DNA of 56,298 nucleotides, taken from positions 1 to 56,298 of the IMG/VR virus record IMGVR_UViG_3300037861_000279; one strand, written 5' to 3'. Source of the DNA: a virus (taxonomy: Duplodnaviria > Caudoviricetes). The notes beneath the pieces are model-generated. The model made no database searches. It saw only the letters and a list, made by a program, of their open reading frames with translations, and had not been told where the DNA came from. The translations under genes were made by a program, and so were the position numbers. Shown piece by piece: positions 27,004-36,881 of the stretch (position 1 is the stretch's first letter; each line of letters starts with the position of its first letter).

Positions 27004-27710
27004 GTCCTCGCCTTTGGGAACTGCCTTACCTGAAGGTTCTCAGGAATAGCCTCCCTGTCTGATTTTTTGCTGCCCGACATCTGCTTCATGAAAAAAGGTA
27101 TGGCAGCATCATAACACTGTTCCATTAAGTCTTCTGCCCAGTATGGTTTCATCTCCCTGGCATTTGGACCTGATTCTCCGCCGCAAATTACCCAGTCTAT
27201 TCTTGACAATTGGCAGGCCAATCTCAAGGAAATAATCCCCAGCATTGGTTCAACGCTTGCAAACCTGACAGGGACATTAAACATTGTGAGAATTTCTAAA
27301 CGTTCAAGGGCCTGCTCGTGGTTTTCACAGGTCACTCCGAGCCAGACGTTTTTCAAGGAACCGAGATCCATTGGCACCCTGGCAAGCATGTTTTCTGGCC
27401 GTTTGGTTAAAATTTGGAAAGTGAGATGGGGATTGTTCCTGATTACAGCCCAGGCCTCATCTCTCCAGGCATCGGCCTCCTCAATAAAAAAGTCGGACCA
27501 GCTGCAGACAAAAACCATCGCAGGTTCTATCCAGTGATTTGGTTTATTGAAGGTTGCAATGCTGGAACGAACAACCGTCTCGGGATCCTTGCCATATCTC
27601 TTTTTGTCTCTTTCCATGTAGCAGTTGTCACAACCTGGGGAGACCTTATGGCAACCCTGCCATGGGTTCCACGTATGATCTGTCCATGCAATTTCACTAT
27701 TCTTTGCCAT
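27000..27710 (-). CDS. Phage Gp37Gp68 (DUF5131) radical-SAM-like protein
   Basis: IAWTDHTWNPWQGCHKVSPGCDNCY, SWSDFF, QILTKRP, NVWLGVT, SVEPML, WVICGGESG, FFMKQ. Confidence 0.93.
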   Translation of the reverse strand: MAKNSEIAWTDHTWNPWQGCHKVSPGCDNCYMERDKKRYGKDPETVVRSSIATFNKPNHWIEPAMVFVCSWSDFFIEEADAWRDEAWAVIRNNPHLTFQILTKRPENMLARVPMDLGSLKNVWLGVTCENHEQALERLEILTMFNVPVRFASVEPMLGIISLRLACQLSRIDWVICGGESGPNAREMKPYWAEDLMEQCYDAAIPFFMKQMSGSKKSDREAIPENLQVRQFPKART

Positions 27711-28026
27711 TTACTTTCTCCTCTTCTGTCTAGTGGCTTTTATGTGGAGCTGCTCTGTCTTGATTATTTGTTCTGTCTTTACTGGCGGAACAGGATCTTC
27801 AATTTTGGAAAAATCAATAGCCACGTTCGCTACATGCCCCAAAAAATACCAAATCATTCTGCCTCCTCCCATACCTTGACTACCTTCCGCCTGGCTTTTA
27901 TCAATTTAAAGATCTGGTTGGCATACCAGCCACCAGGGACGAGGGATTTGTGCACTGCTTCTGCCTCTCGTAACTTCTTTCGAGAATCTGCCAGGATCTC
28001 TTTAATCCAAAACGCATAAAGATCTT

Positions 28027-28257
28027 TCATCCCTTCTCCATCTTATATATTTTGGGGATCTTGGGGATCTTCATCCAGGCCACAACCGATCCGTATGAAT
28101 GTACGCTTCTCATCCAATCGACCCAGCCATATGTAGGCTTTTTACAGTCACTCAGTTTGGCCGTTGCCACCTTTCCGTAGAAAGTAAGAATGAGGACTGC
28201 CTTTCCCATTTTTGGAAGTTTTTTATGTACGCTGATCCATCTTTTCTTGGCCATCAA
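28027..28257 (-). CDS. DUF551-like protein
   Basis: WISVHKKLP...VL...VVAWMKIP. Confidence 0.65.
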   Translation of the reverse strand: MMAKKRWISVHKKLPKMGKAVLILTFYGKVATAKLSDCKKPTYGWVDWMRSVHSYGSVVAWMKIPKIPKIYKMEKG

Positions 28258-28673
28258 TCTATCTCCTCGGGAGCATCATCCCAGCTTAGTTCTAAAGTTA
28301 GGTGACTACCATCCACCCGATAGCCAGAGACCTCATACGGACAACGAATGGTCGATTCATGTTTATTTCCGCAAATATCGACATCAACGGACGATTTAAA
28401 AGGATTTTCTTCGCACGAAAGCCTCTTCCCGACCCAATTAATTAACCGTCCGGATAATCCTGTGAGATCCAAACTAACATCTTCAAGGCAATCCTCGGCA
28501 ATGGGGTAATTGGTTCCAGCGTCGAAACACGGTGTACCCCAGAATTCATAAGCACCTATGCCGTCATTCTCCCAGTTTACTGTTGGCTCGTTTGCATCCA
28601 CAAACCTTTCAATCTCCCAGGTTACAAGGACGATAAGTGATTCAAGACTCTGTGACGTTACCCTCACTATCAT
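28254..28673 (-). CDS. Hypothetical acidic protein
   Basis: 139-aa ORF with NDGIGAYEFWG; coupled to neighbours. Confidence 0.55.
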   Translation of the reverse strand: MIVRVTSQSLESLIVLVTWEIERFVDANEPTVNWENDGIGAYEFWGTPCFDAGTNYPIAEDCLEDVSLDLTGLSGRLINWVGKRLSCEENPFKSSVDVDICGNKHESTIRCPYEVSGYRVDGSHLTLELSWDDAPEEID

Positions 28674-28935
28674 CTACTGTCTCCTTCTTGAGTTCAGGAA
28701 CAAATTTTTTAAGGTTCGGAAATCTATCCTGGCAATGTTTCATGCCGCAGCCTGTTAATGAGAGGAGTCCTGCATCATTTATCACGGCAAGATCTCTCTC
28801 AATAACCCTCTGCACCCAGATCTGTTTGGAGTCTCTGAGGATGGTGTCACCCTTGGTATAGAGGACTTCAAGTATCACCGCCTCATTGGCAAAACCACGA
28901 CCTTTACTTCTGGCAAATTTCCTTCTGTTCATCAT
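28642..28935 (-). CDS. Hypothetical protein (possible winged helix)
   Basis: AAAGGAG RBS; LIERDLA-like helix then LSLTGCG. Confidence 0.45.
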   Translation of the reverse strand: MMNRRKFARSKGRGFANEAVILEVLYTKGDTILRDSKQIWVQRVIERDLAVINDAGLLSLTGCGMKHCQDRFPNLKKFVPELKKETVDDSEGNVTES

Positions 28936-29082
28936 GTCTTGACTCCTTTTATGTTAACGTCTACCTGCTTGATTATTCCTTCCAGCTTCAAACTTGCCAT
29001 TTTCAGAGCAGTAATGGCCTCTATCATCAACTGCTTTTCTCTATCCGTCATATCCACAACCATTCTCCCTTTGACCACTCCT

Positions 29083-30270
29083 TTACAACATAGCTTCGTC
29101 ATAAATTTTTTCCCAATTTGCATTGAGCCCTATCCTATCACCAAAAGCATGGAAGCAAGCCTCCACATCCCCCTTGCTCGGGAGGTATCGACCATCTGTT
29201 GTTATCTGACCACCTTCATTCAACCTGATGCTCAATTCCTCTCTATCCACTGGCATACACTCAAAAGGGAAAACCGTAACGTCACCAGCTGCCGTCTTGT
29301 ATTTTATCCTCGGTACTCCGTAATAGGATGCGCCAGGACTATTGATAACGAGGGAGGCTTCTCCAATTTCACCAGCTATTAGTTTTATCTCTGTGCCTGG
29401 TGACTTAGTGATCATGAAGTGTGCAGTATCACAATCTTTGAATGCCTCCAGTAGCCTGGCTATTTTCTCTGTTGAGCAATGAGTCAGAAACTCGTCTGGC
29501 ATCGTTTGGTAGTGCATGTCAAAAATCTTTTCGACTATATGATCCCATGTTGCCACGTTTTGAAAACCCCTCGTCATAGGGTTAAAACTTGGCATTGAGT
29601 CAATATCTTCAGCTGTTATAGATTCGTTATAGAATGTCCTGCTGGTGATATTCTGCTCAACCTCGATAGATCCAGATAGGATGCCAGATATTTTGTTGTA
29701 TATTTCAACATTTTCCTGCCACACGATGTCCGGATCAAAGGAACTGGTAAATTTAACTTTTCCTAATATCGGTACCGGATATTCGACGGTCTCTCCCTGA
29801 CTCATATTCTCTACTATCCCCAGGATCGGAATGTCCTTTGCCTGAAAGAAAAGCGAGGTTCTATTAACATCAGTCACACTCAACTTGTTTGGCTGAGTGA
29901 CCAGCAGCACACCGGAGATATCTATAGCTGAAATAAGATTAGTGTGGATGTCCGTAATAGATGGTGGTGTGTCTATAAGCAGGTAGTCTGGTTTGAATTT
30001 CCAGACCATCCTCTTTGATTCTGACAGGTACTTCTTTACCATGCTGTTTTGGATATAGATCAAGCCAGCAGACTCATATCCAATAGATCTAACGACTAAG
30101 TTTTCCGGCAAATCATCCTGTTCGAATATTACATGCATCGAAGGTGTATTTACATCAGCATCAAGTATGAACACCTTGTGGCCGGATGCGAGCAACGACC
30201 TTGCTATATTTGCTGTCGTGGTAGTTTTACCGACTCCGCCTTTACCCGAATATACGATTATGCTCTTCAT
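29083..30270 (-). CDS. Mrp/NBP35-like P-loop ATPase (MinD/ParA superfamily) with extra C-terminal domain
   Basis: SGKGGVGKTT, LDADVNTPS, IDTPP, VTQP and the Mrp signature GIVENMS; no following CxxC. Confidence 0.85.
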   Translation of the reverse strand: MKSIIVYSGKGGVGKTTTTANIARSLLASGHKVFILDADVNTPSMHVIFEQDDLPENLVVRSIGYESAGLIYIQNSMVKKYLSESKRMVWKFKPDYLLIDTPPSITDIHTNLISAIDISGVLLVTQPNKLSVTDVNRTSLFFQAKDIPILGIVENMSQGETVEYPVPILGKVKFTSSFDPDIVWQENVEIYNKISGILSGSIEVEQNITSRTFYNESITAEDIDSMPSFNPMTRGFQNVATWDHIVEKIFDMHYQTMPDEFLTHCSTEKIARLLEAFKDCDTAHFMITKSPGTEIKLIAGEIGEASLVINSPGASYYGVPRIKYKTAAGDVTVFPFECMPVDREELSIRLNEGGQITTDGRYLPSKGDVEACFHAFGDRIGLNANWEKIYDEAML

Positions 30271-30354
30271 TCTCTTTCTCCTTTAATTAGCTATCATAGT
30301 CATACCCCAGGAACCACCCTGAGATGACATGGGCCTCACCCCATGTTTCGATAT

Positions 30355-30618
30355 TTAGTTAATATCCCTGGAATTCCAAATTTCCATAGATCGTGCAGTT
30401 GCTCCGCAGTCTTCGCACTCTGGCCCACGATTCCCTTGACCGTCGAGCCATCCTTTAGGATCAACATTCCCGCCACAAAGGGGGCATAGATGATTACCAT
30501 TTTGTCGCTTCTCTTCTTTGTCTCTATGGATAGCAACCTTGATGTCGTTAATTTCGGTTTCAAGAAGGGTTACCCCGTGCTCTTGGTCCATCAGGTCGAA
30601 CAAGTGTTGGTCTGACAT
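30355..30618 (-). CDS. Zinc-ribbon (Lar-like) small protein
   Basis: CPLCGG...ECEDCGA...WNSR. Confidence 0.55.
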   Translation of the reverse strand: MSDQHLFDLMDQEHGVTLLETEINDIKVAIHRDKEEKRQNGNHLCPLCGGNVDPKGWLDGQGNRGPECEDCGATARSMEIWNSRDIN

Positions 30619-30634
30619 GGTTTCCACTCCAGTT

Positions 30635-30667
30635 TTCAGGTGCCGTAATATTTTACGGCACCTGAAT
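30635..30667. repeat. Strong intergenic hairpin
   Basis: TTCAGGTGCCGTAA-loop-TTACGGCACCTGAA. Confidence 0.8.
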
Positions 30668-30682
30668 ATTTAACTACCGACT

Positions 30683-33342
30683 TTATTCACTTTCTCTGCT
30701 CTCTGTTTTTTTCCTTAGAATCAAGAAGGCTTCTTCTGTCTCCTTGTCTATGTAAATAGTCCTGACCTTCTTCATCTCATAATTTATAGATGCCAAGACT
30801 GCAGCCTCCCTGATTTCCGAGGGAGTTAATTCGTTTTGGTGTATCAAACTTTCCAGCGTGTCTACAAGCCTCCTATACACTGGATCGTTTTGATATTTAT
30901 CGTTCATAGTCCACATGGCAATTACTCCGCTGCAGCTAGATTCTGACCTTTGGCAAATGCCTCAAGGATGCCCGTCTTGCTGATCTCGTATTGAAGAGTG
31001 GGGAGGATAACAATATCGATTACATCTACCCTCTTCATCTCCTCATACCGAAAATGCTTGGCATGCCCCACATTGCTGAAAGGAATGACTTCGGTGGTGT
31101 CTGGACCATCGTCCTGATGCTTGATTACTTTTACTGGGTATAGCTTCATGGCTCATCTCCTTCTTCTATTAATCGTTTAAGTTCTTAGCCTGCCTTCGAA
31201 CATCCGAGGACCAAGGGCCATTGCACATCCTTTGACCTTATTTCCGGTGGAAGTGCTGACCTCGATCCACAGCTGACAGTCGTCCTGCTGGCACATGATC
31301 ATGGAGGTAAGAACAACACCTCCGTCTGCCGTCCGGCTGGCTGATCCTGCCGACATCACTGGGCAAAACAGTTTCATGTTGACTCCTTGGTTATAATTTT
31401 AAAAAACTCCCTTATAAGATTTCCAGATCAAGTCTCTCACCTCGTATCTGGTTAAGAATGTGTACTTTTTGTCTTCAGTGAAACGGTACCAGTGACCATT
31501 GACCTTAACTCTGTACCTAGAAGAAGTCCGGATTACGTATGTATTGGTCCGGTTACCCTTTCCATTCCACAAAGAAGAGTTGAAAAGCTCAACTTTAATG
31601 CTTTTTTTGCCCTGAATTGAGAGCAAAAACTTAAAATGGTACTTGTTCTTATCTCCCATGATATCAACACCTTATCGAAATGCACCCAGGGCGGTTCCGC
31701 CAGCTAATGACGATCGCACCAGCTAGTAGAGCCCAACCTATAATTTCCACTGATGACCGCAGTCACTGCAGACGGCAAACGAGAAGTCCATTACCCTTTT
31801 CACTTCAAATGTCCCATGTTTGCACTCTTCTTGAGGATCTTCAGGCTTTGTGAAGAGACCAAGAGATCCGGCTACGATAGCTTTAGACAGTACCGAATGT
31901 TTTTCACCACTCAAAACCATGCTGTTCAGCTGGCCTATGCATGATACGAGCTGTTTGATTTTATCATTCAGCTCATCGACACTATCGCCCATTGCCCCGT
32001 TGCCACACATGGCACAACAAGTATCTTCATCGACGTTGACGTTGGGTCCACATTCCGGACAAAAAGTTATAATATACTCCATCATCCCCAACCAATAGCC
32101 TTACTGGCTCGAACATGGGCCTCATTGCCAATTTCATTTTTCAATGCAAACATCCGTGCGCTGAAATAACTCCCGACCTCTTTGGCGAAAAAGGGACTTC
32201 CCATATCGCCAAATCTCCACTTCCGTAGCAGCTCCCCATACGAGGCATTGTCGATCCACTCTTTCATCTGTTCTTCTGTCATCAGCTCTTCTGCCATACC
32301 CTACCTCCTGGGCTTTCCCCATTTATCTAAATGTAAATGACACTTTGAACAGTTCCCGTACTTAACCGGCATATCGTGTGGGGCTCGAGGAGGCACATAG
32401 CACCCACTCAGGCCCCACGTTAGAAATACCAGTACGATTACCCTCATGACGCCAAAACCTTGTCAGCACACGTACCACACAGCACTTTGTTGCCAATGTT
32501 CTCAGCATGAGCGATAGCCATCATCTCACCATCGACAAATTTGTGATTGCACCAATAACATTTATCCAGTTTTTGTTTATATCCGGACCTGATGTATCGG
32601 TACCTTTCTGTCATCTCGAGATGATCTTTCCTGCACCAAGTAAATGTGACAGTCACGGTTCTAGCAGGAACAACCTTCATCAACCTCATCGAGTCTCCTT
32701 TCACCATTCCGCAATTTTATCCGTCCACATGCGTAGCATTAAGATCTTGGCACGGACCAAAAGAATAGCACTTGTTTTTGCCTCTTCTACGGTGTTGCAA
32801 CCTTCCAGCACAATTTTGGTCATGTTAAGGGTATGGCAGTGCATGATCCACTTACCCTTAAAATCAATATGACCGCAGGTAACAACAATTCGAATCTCTT
32901 CGTACCTGGCCTCAAAGGTGGTAGGTATTCTCTTTTTATCTGACTGCGAAAAAGAGGTGGTATTTTTCCACATAATTTCCTTCCTTTAGACTCTTGGTCT
33001 AAGTAGTGGTTGTCTGCCAATCTCATGCCAAACATGAGTCCTCTTCTGCTCGTACATGATAGTCTCAGCTTCTGGCCTTGCCCTTTCAAACCGATCTTCC
33101 AGGGCAGCAAAGCCGGCTACGTTTATTTTCCAGCCTCCCATTCCTCTTGGTTCCCAGTTTAGAGTGAGGATAGGCACATTGGCCTTCATGTTGCTACTGT
33201 AAACGAATTCACCAACTCTCCACTTTGGCATTGTCACGGGCAGGTTCTTCTTAACCCGTTTTTTATAGGCCTTGGTGTGTGGCTTGATTCCTTTTCTCAA
33301 AAGCTTGACCTCCTCCTTTGAGAGTTTCTCAAATGGCATCAT
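30683..33342 (-). CDS. Cluster of small hypothetical early genes (30683-30916, 30922-31149, 31177-31377, 31399-31659, 31738-32091, 32082-32297, 32444-32707, 32701-32973, 32986-33342)
   Basis: Tightly packed co-oriented ORFs, most with GGAG/AGGA RBS; several carry CxxC pairs; no function recognised. Confidence 0.6.
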
Positions 33343-33403
33343 GCATGTGTCTCCTTGTAGAATTTTGGTGCATTCTCAAATAAATTGAAAATGCACTTTT
33401 TTA

Positions 33404-33802
33404 TTACAGCCTATAAGCGATATAAGTGCCTGGATCGTAGCACTCGGCGAAGAACCCGATGCGACCCAAAGCTTTCCTGAGATCGTTATGTACTCCCAGG
33501 GTATAAATCTTTTCCTGTGGATCATCTGCGTCATAATTGCAGGCCATAACACCATCGATCAATCCACCCTCTGCACAGTCTCCCAGGTGGATGGCACCAC
33601 CTTCATGGTTTTCGGCAATCATGTACGCCTTCTCTGTACTATACTTGGAAGGCCGAGAGACATAGATCCAGTCCATGTCTTTATCGAAAGGATCTATCTG
33701 GAATTCACCTTCATACTCAGATAATGCGTTGTTAATCCTGTTCGCTGCAGCTTTGACTTCTTGTGGCAGGTAGCCTTTTCCAAGTTTGATTGCTTTTTTC
33801 AT
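33404..33802 (-). CDS. Hypothetical early protein
   Basis: CTACAAGGAGA RBS; C-terminal LGVHNDL...GFFAECYDPGT. Confidence 0.65.
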   Translation of the reverse strand: MKKAIKLGKGYLPQEVKAAANRINNALSEYEGEFQIDPFDKDMDWIYVSRPSKYSTEKAYMIAENHEGGAIHLGDCAEGGLIDGVMACNYDADDPQEKIYTLGVHNDLRKALGRIGFFAECYDPGTYIAYRL

Positions 33803-33875
33803 ATCATATCTCCTTGTAGGATTTGGTATTTTAAACATTCATGCCTGCTGACACATGATCAGCAGGTATCAAGGT

Positions 33876-34268
33876 TTAAAACGGGCAATCTTTATGCTTA
33901 TCTGCACATACATTACAGAGATCTTTTTCAGTGTCCCAGTACCATGGGCTCACTTCCTTGCCACAACCAAGACAGTGTACGTAGTCTGCTAACTCAGTAC
34001 CTTCAGAGTCAACAGTAACAGGCCCAGTCACGTATATTTCACTGCAGAACTGCTCTCCCATTTCCGCTCTAGCCTCTGCTTCAGTCTCATGTACAGAGAT
34101 GATGCTCATTTCGGTAGCGATAACAGCATCAGTGAATTTACAGTGAATGTCACCCTCACATACATGGACCCACTTTCCTGCAGCAACCAGAGACTCAACT
34201 TCTTTGCGTTGACAACTTGACTTATACTCTGATCGGCTAAGTGCGAATGCGTTTTGAAGATCGTTCAT
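33876..34268 (-). CDS. First early gene; acidic protein with C-terminal zinc finger
   Basis: AAAGGAG RBS; CLGCG...LCNVC; ends DCPF. Confidence 0.65.
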   Translation of the reverse strand: MNDLQNAFALSRSEYKSSCQRKEVESLVAAGKWVHVCEGDIHCKFTDAVIATEMSIISVHETEAEARAEMGEQFCSEIYVTGPVTVDSEGTELADYVHCLGCGKEVSPWYWDTEKDLCNVCADKHKDCPF

Positions 34269-34490
34269 GTTGTTCTCCTTTATATAGGTGAGGTTTAAAT
34301 CGTTGCAGCTGCCATCCAGTTTGAATAGCAAGTGCAACAACTCAATACTCTGAATTGTTTGGAGCGGAATGTTAATCCCTCCTTTCGGGCGGTGCGTCCT
34401 GGCTTTCGCTCGGCACCATAACCTGTTTTCCATCCAGTCTCTCTCTGGGACACACTGTGAAAACTAACTAAATACTCAACTACAGTCACA

Positions 34491-34519
34491 TTTGTAGCAC
34501 CTATGTCCCACCTGTGCAA
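34491..34519 (-). promoter_or_regulatory. Sigma70 promoter for the leftward early operon
   Basis: TTGCAC-N17-TACAAA with an extended TG on the minus strand. Confidence 0.55.
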
Positions 34520-34632
34520 GAACTTTATTGTTTAATAACGACAAAGCGTTGTAATCATTAGTTAAAATAAATGTAAAAAATAGTGAGCAGAAACATGTCA
34601 GTTACTCCATATCCCTATACACCAGGGTTCCT

Positions 34633-34661
34633 TTGCTTTTGATAAAATTTTATTGTATTCT
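34633..34661 (+). promoter_or_regulatory. Sigma70 promoter for the terminase operon
   Basis: TTGCTT-N17-TATTCT, then an AGGAGG RBS. Confidence 0.55.
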
Positions 34662-34699
34662 GCGTAGATAAGACAACTTTTTAGGAGGAAATAGAGAAG

Positions 34700-35326
34700 A
34701 TGGCTCAACCAAAGGCTAAACGAAAACTTGTAGACTGGGACAGTATCGAACCTCTCTTTAAACTAGAGATGAACAACTGTGATATCTGTAGGCAGTACGA
34801 GGCTGATCACGTTCACTCTCAGGTATGGAAACTAACCGTTGCAGAGTCGGCTATACGCAAGAAGGCAAAGGAAAATGGGTGGAAGAAGAACCTGGCGCCT
34901 CAAGTCAAACAGCAGATAAAAGAGCATCTAGTGCGAGATGAGGTGCGAGATAACGACGATGATTCGCACCAACCGAAAGAGGGGCTATCTGATAATGAGA
35001 TCGTTGACCGTGCTGCCAAGTCTGGAAGTAGCGTAATCCTCAGGCATCGGAAAGAGATAGTCGCATTGTTGGAGCTGGAAGATGAGCTGTTGGATGAGTT
35101 GAAGGACAAGCCGATGAAGTCTTATGTCGGCAATTACCAGGGTGATATCATAACCAAGGAGTTTTCCCTGACTGTTACTGAGAAATCAACTGCATTGAAG
35201 AACCTGGCAGCTGTTCGAGCCCAGAGAATAACTCTCGAACGTCAAGCCCATAACCTCGATGATGAAGTCGACACAGATAAGAAGAGAATTTTGGTTTCAA
35301 GATCAAGTGCAGAGACTGGTCAATGA
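34700..35326 (+). CDS. terS: Terminase small subunit
   Basis: VDWDSIE...ESAIRKKAKENGW HTH and LERQAHNLD; directly upstream of TerL. Confidence 0.75.
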   Translation: MAQPKAKRKLVDWDSIEPLFKLEMNNCDICRQYEADHVHSQVWKLTVAESAIRKKAKENGWKKNLAPQVKQQIKEHLVRDEVRDNDDDSHQPKEGLSDNEIVDRAAKSGSSVILRHRKEIVALLELEDELLDELKDKPMKSYVGNYQGDIITKEFSLTVTEKSTALKNLAAVRAQRITLERQAHNLDDEVDTDKKRILVSRSSAETGQ

Positions 35327-36588
35327 GTTCATCCCAGTATGACTATGAACTAGAGATCTGCGATGATATGTACAATCCTGCCTATCTGCCGTATCTCCAT
35401 CAATCGAGGTCGACAGAGATCTTCTATGGGGGTTCCTCCTCCGGTAAATCAAACTTCATTGCCCAGCGATGCATCGAGAACATCATGGAAGGTGGCCACA
35501 ACTATTTGTGCTGCCGTAAGATGGGGAACTCGATCACCAAGTCTGTTTTTAATGAACTCACCAAGGCCATTACCAAGCTGGGCGTCGATCATCTGTTCAA
35601 TGCAGTCCCTTCCCAGGGGCATATTACCTGCGTAAATGGCTATCAAATCATCTTCTCCGGCCTAGATGATGTCGAGAAAGTCAAATCAATTACTCCAAAG
35701 CTCGGGGTAATCACCGACGTCTGGGCAGAAGAGGCCACTGAGATCAGTTATTCTGACATCAAGCAGCTTCGTAAACGATTAAGGGGTATAGCGACATATT
35801 TGGGGAAAAGGGTTCAGAAGCGCATAATCATGACCTTTAACCCCATCTACAAAACTCACTGGTTGTATAAAGAATATTTTGTCCCGAATGAATGGCGGGA
35901 CGACCAGAAGGAATTCCTCAGTGAGCGTCTCAGTATTCTCAAGACAACTCACCTCGATAATGAATTTTTGGATGAAGAAGATCATCTGCTATTGGAGGAG
36001 GAGACTGATAAGTATTGGTATGAGGTCTACACTCTGGGCAATTTCGGTATTCTCGGCGATGCAATCTTCACCAATTGGAGGATAGCTGACCTTTCTAAGC
36101 TCAAATCTTCATTCGACAGGATTAGAAATGGGCTGGATTTCGGGTACTCGTCAGATCCTAATGCCTATGTAAGAATCCACTATGACAAGCTGAACAAAAA
36201 GATCTACATCTTCAATGCATGGCAGGCCAAGAAGCTCACTAATCCTATGATTGCTGAGAAATTAAAGCCGATTATAGGTAAAGAACCAATCTTCTGTGAC
36301 TCAGCAGAGCCAAAATCGATTGCAGAGCTGCAGGCGGATGGCATTGATGCTCGGCCAGTTAAGAAAGGCAAAGATTCTATCATGCACGGGATCAAATGGT
36401 TACAGAAGCATGAGATAATAGTAGATGTCACGCTGCAGGGTGTTATTAATGAATTCAACACCTACCAGTGGAAAAAGGACAAGGACGGCAACGCCCTGCC
36501 AATACCGACCGGTGACGATCACTTCATCGATGGACTCCGGTACGGCACAGAATCAGAGCACACGGGATTTTTCGAAGGATTAGTTTAA
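35323..36588 (+). CDS. terL: Terminase large subunit, PBSX family
   Basis: YGGSSSGKS, GLDDVEKVKS, WAEEATE, TFNP, GLDFGY, CDSAEPKSI, DHFIDGLRY. Confidence 0.96.
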   Translation: MSSSQYDYELEICDDMYNPAYLPYLHQSRSTEIFYGGSSSGKSNFIAQRCIENIMEGGHNYLCCRKMGNSITKSVFNELTKAITKLGVDHLFNAVPSQGHITCVNGYQIIFSGLDDVEKVKSITPKLGVITDVWAEEATEISYSDIKQLRKRLRGIATYLGKRVQKRIIMTFNPIYKTHWLYKEYFVPNEWRDDQKEFLSERLSILKTTHLDNEFLDEEDHLLLEEETDKYWYEVYTLGNFGILGDAIFTNWRIADLSKLKSSFDRIRNGLDFGYSSDPNAYVRIHYDKLNKKIYIFNAWQAKKLTNPMIAEKLKPIIGKEPIFCDSAEPKSIAELQADGIDARPVKKGKDSIMHGIKWLQKHEIIVDVTLQGVINEFNTYQWKKDKDGNALPIPTGDDHFIDGLRYGTESEHTGFFEGLV

Positions 36589-36611
36589 GTTCTAATTTTA
36601 AAGGAGACGGA

Positions 36612-36881
36612 ATGCAAAATGTGATCGGTAGCTTTAGGACGTTAGAAAATAAGGATAATTGTGATGAGTGCCACTGGCTGGGATGGATCAACAAACTGCC
36701 TGGGTGCAAAAGAGTAGATCTGCCGATAACTGTCATGGCGGATAAGGGCCATCACACTTCAGCAAATGTTTGTGTATGCGACGACTTCGATAAGAGAGCT
36801 ACCGACAGTCTCTTCTTTCACGAGGGAGAAGAAAAGGAGTTTACTATACTCGAGCGAGCCCTGGCATGGTTAAGCCAATAA
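36612..36881 (+). CDS. Cys-rich hypothetical protein
   Basis: AAGGAG RBS; CDECHW...C...VCDDF. Confidence 0.6.
   Translation: MQNVIGSFRTLENKDNCDECHWLGWINKLPGCKRVDLPITVMADKGHHTSANVCVCDDFDKRATDSLFFHEGEEKEFTILERALAWLSQ

Noticed and set aside
27414-28019. 201-aa plus-strand ORF and the many other antisense ORFs in the track
   Set aside because: They shadow well-supported genes on the opposite strand; here DUF5131 and two unlisted short minus-strand ORFs (about 27710-27856 and 27855-28030) tile the region
29083-30270. Plasmid-prophage partition ParA or canonical Fe-S scaffold
   Set aside because: ENMS signature is Mrp-type, no ParB/parS was seen, and the cluster-binding CxxC is missing
34380-34425. 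c-di-GMP-I riboswitch (GAAA...GGACGCA on the minus strand)
   Set aside because: Lacks the GGCAAA and GCAAA flanks and the second-stem consensus; kept only as an unassigned structured leader
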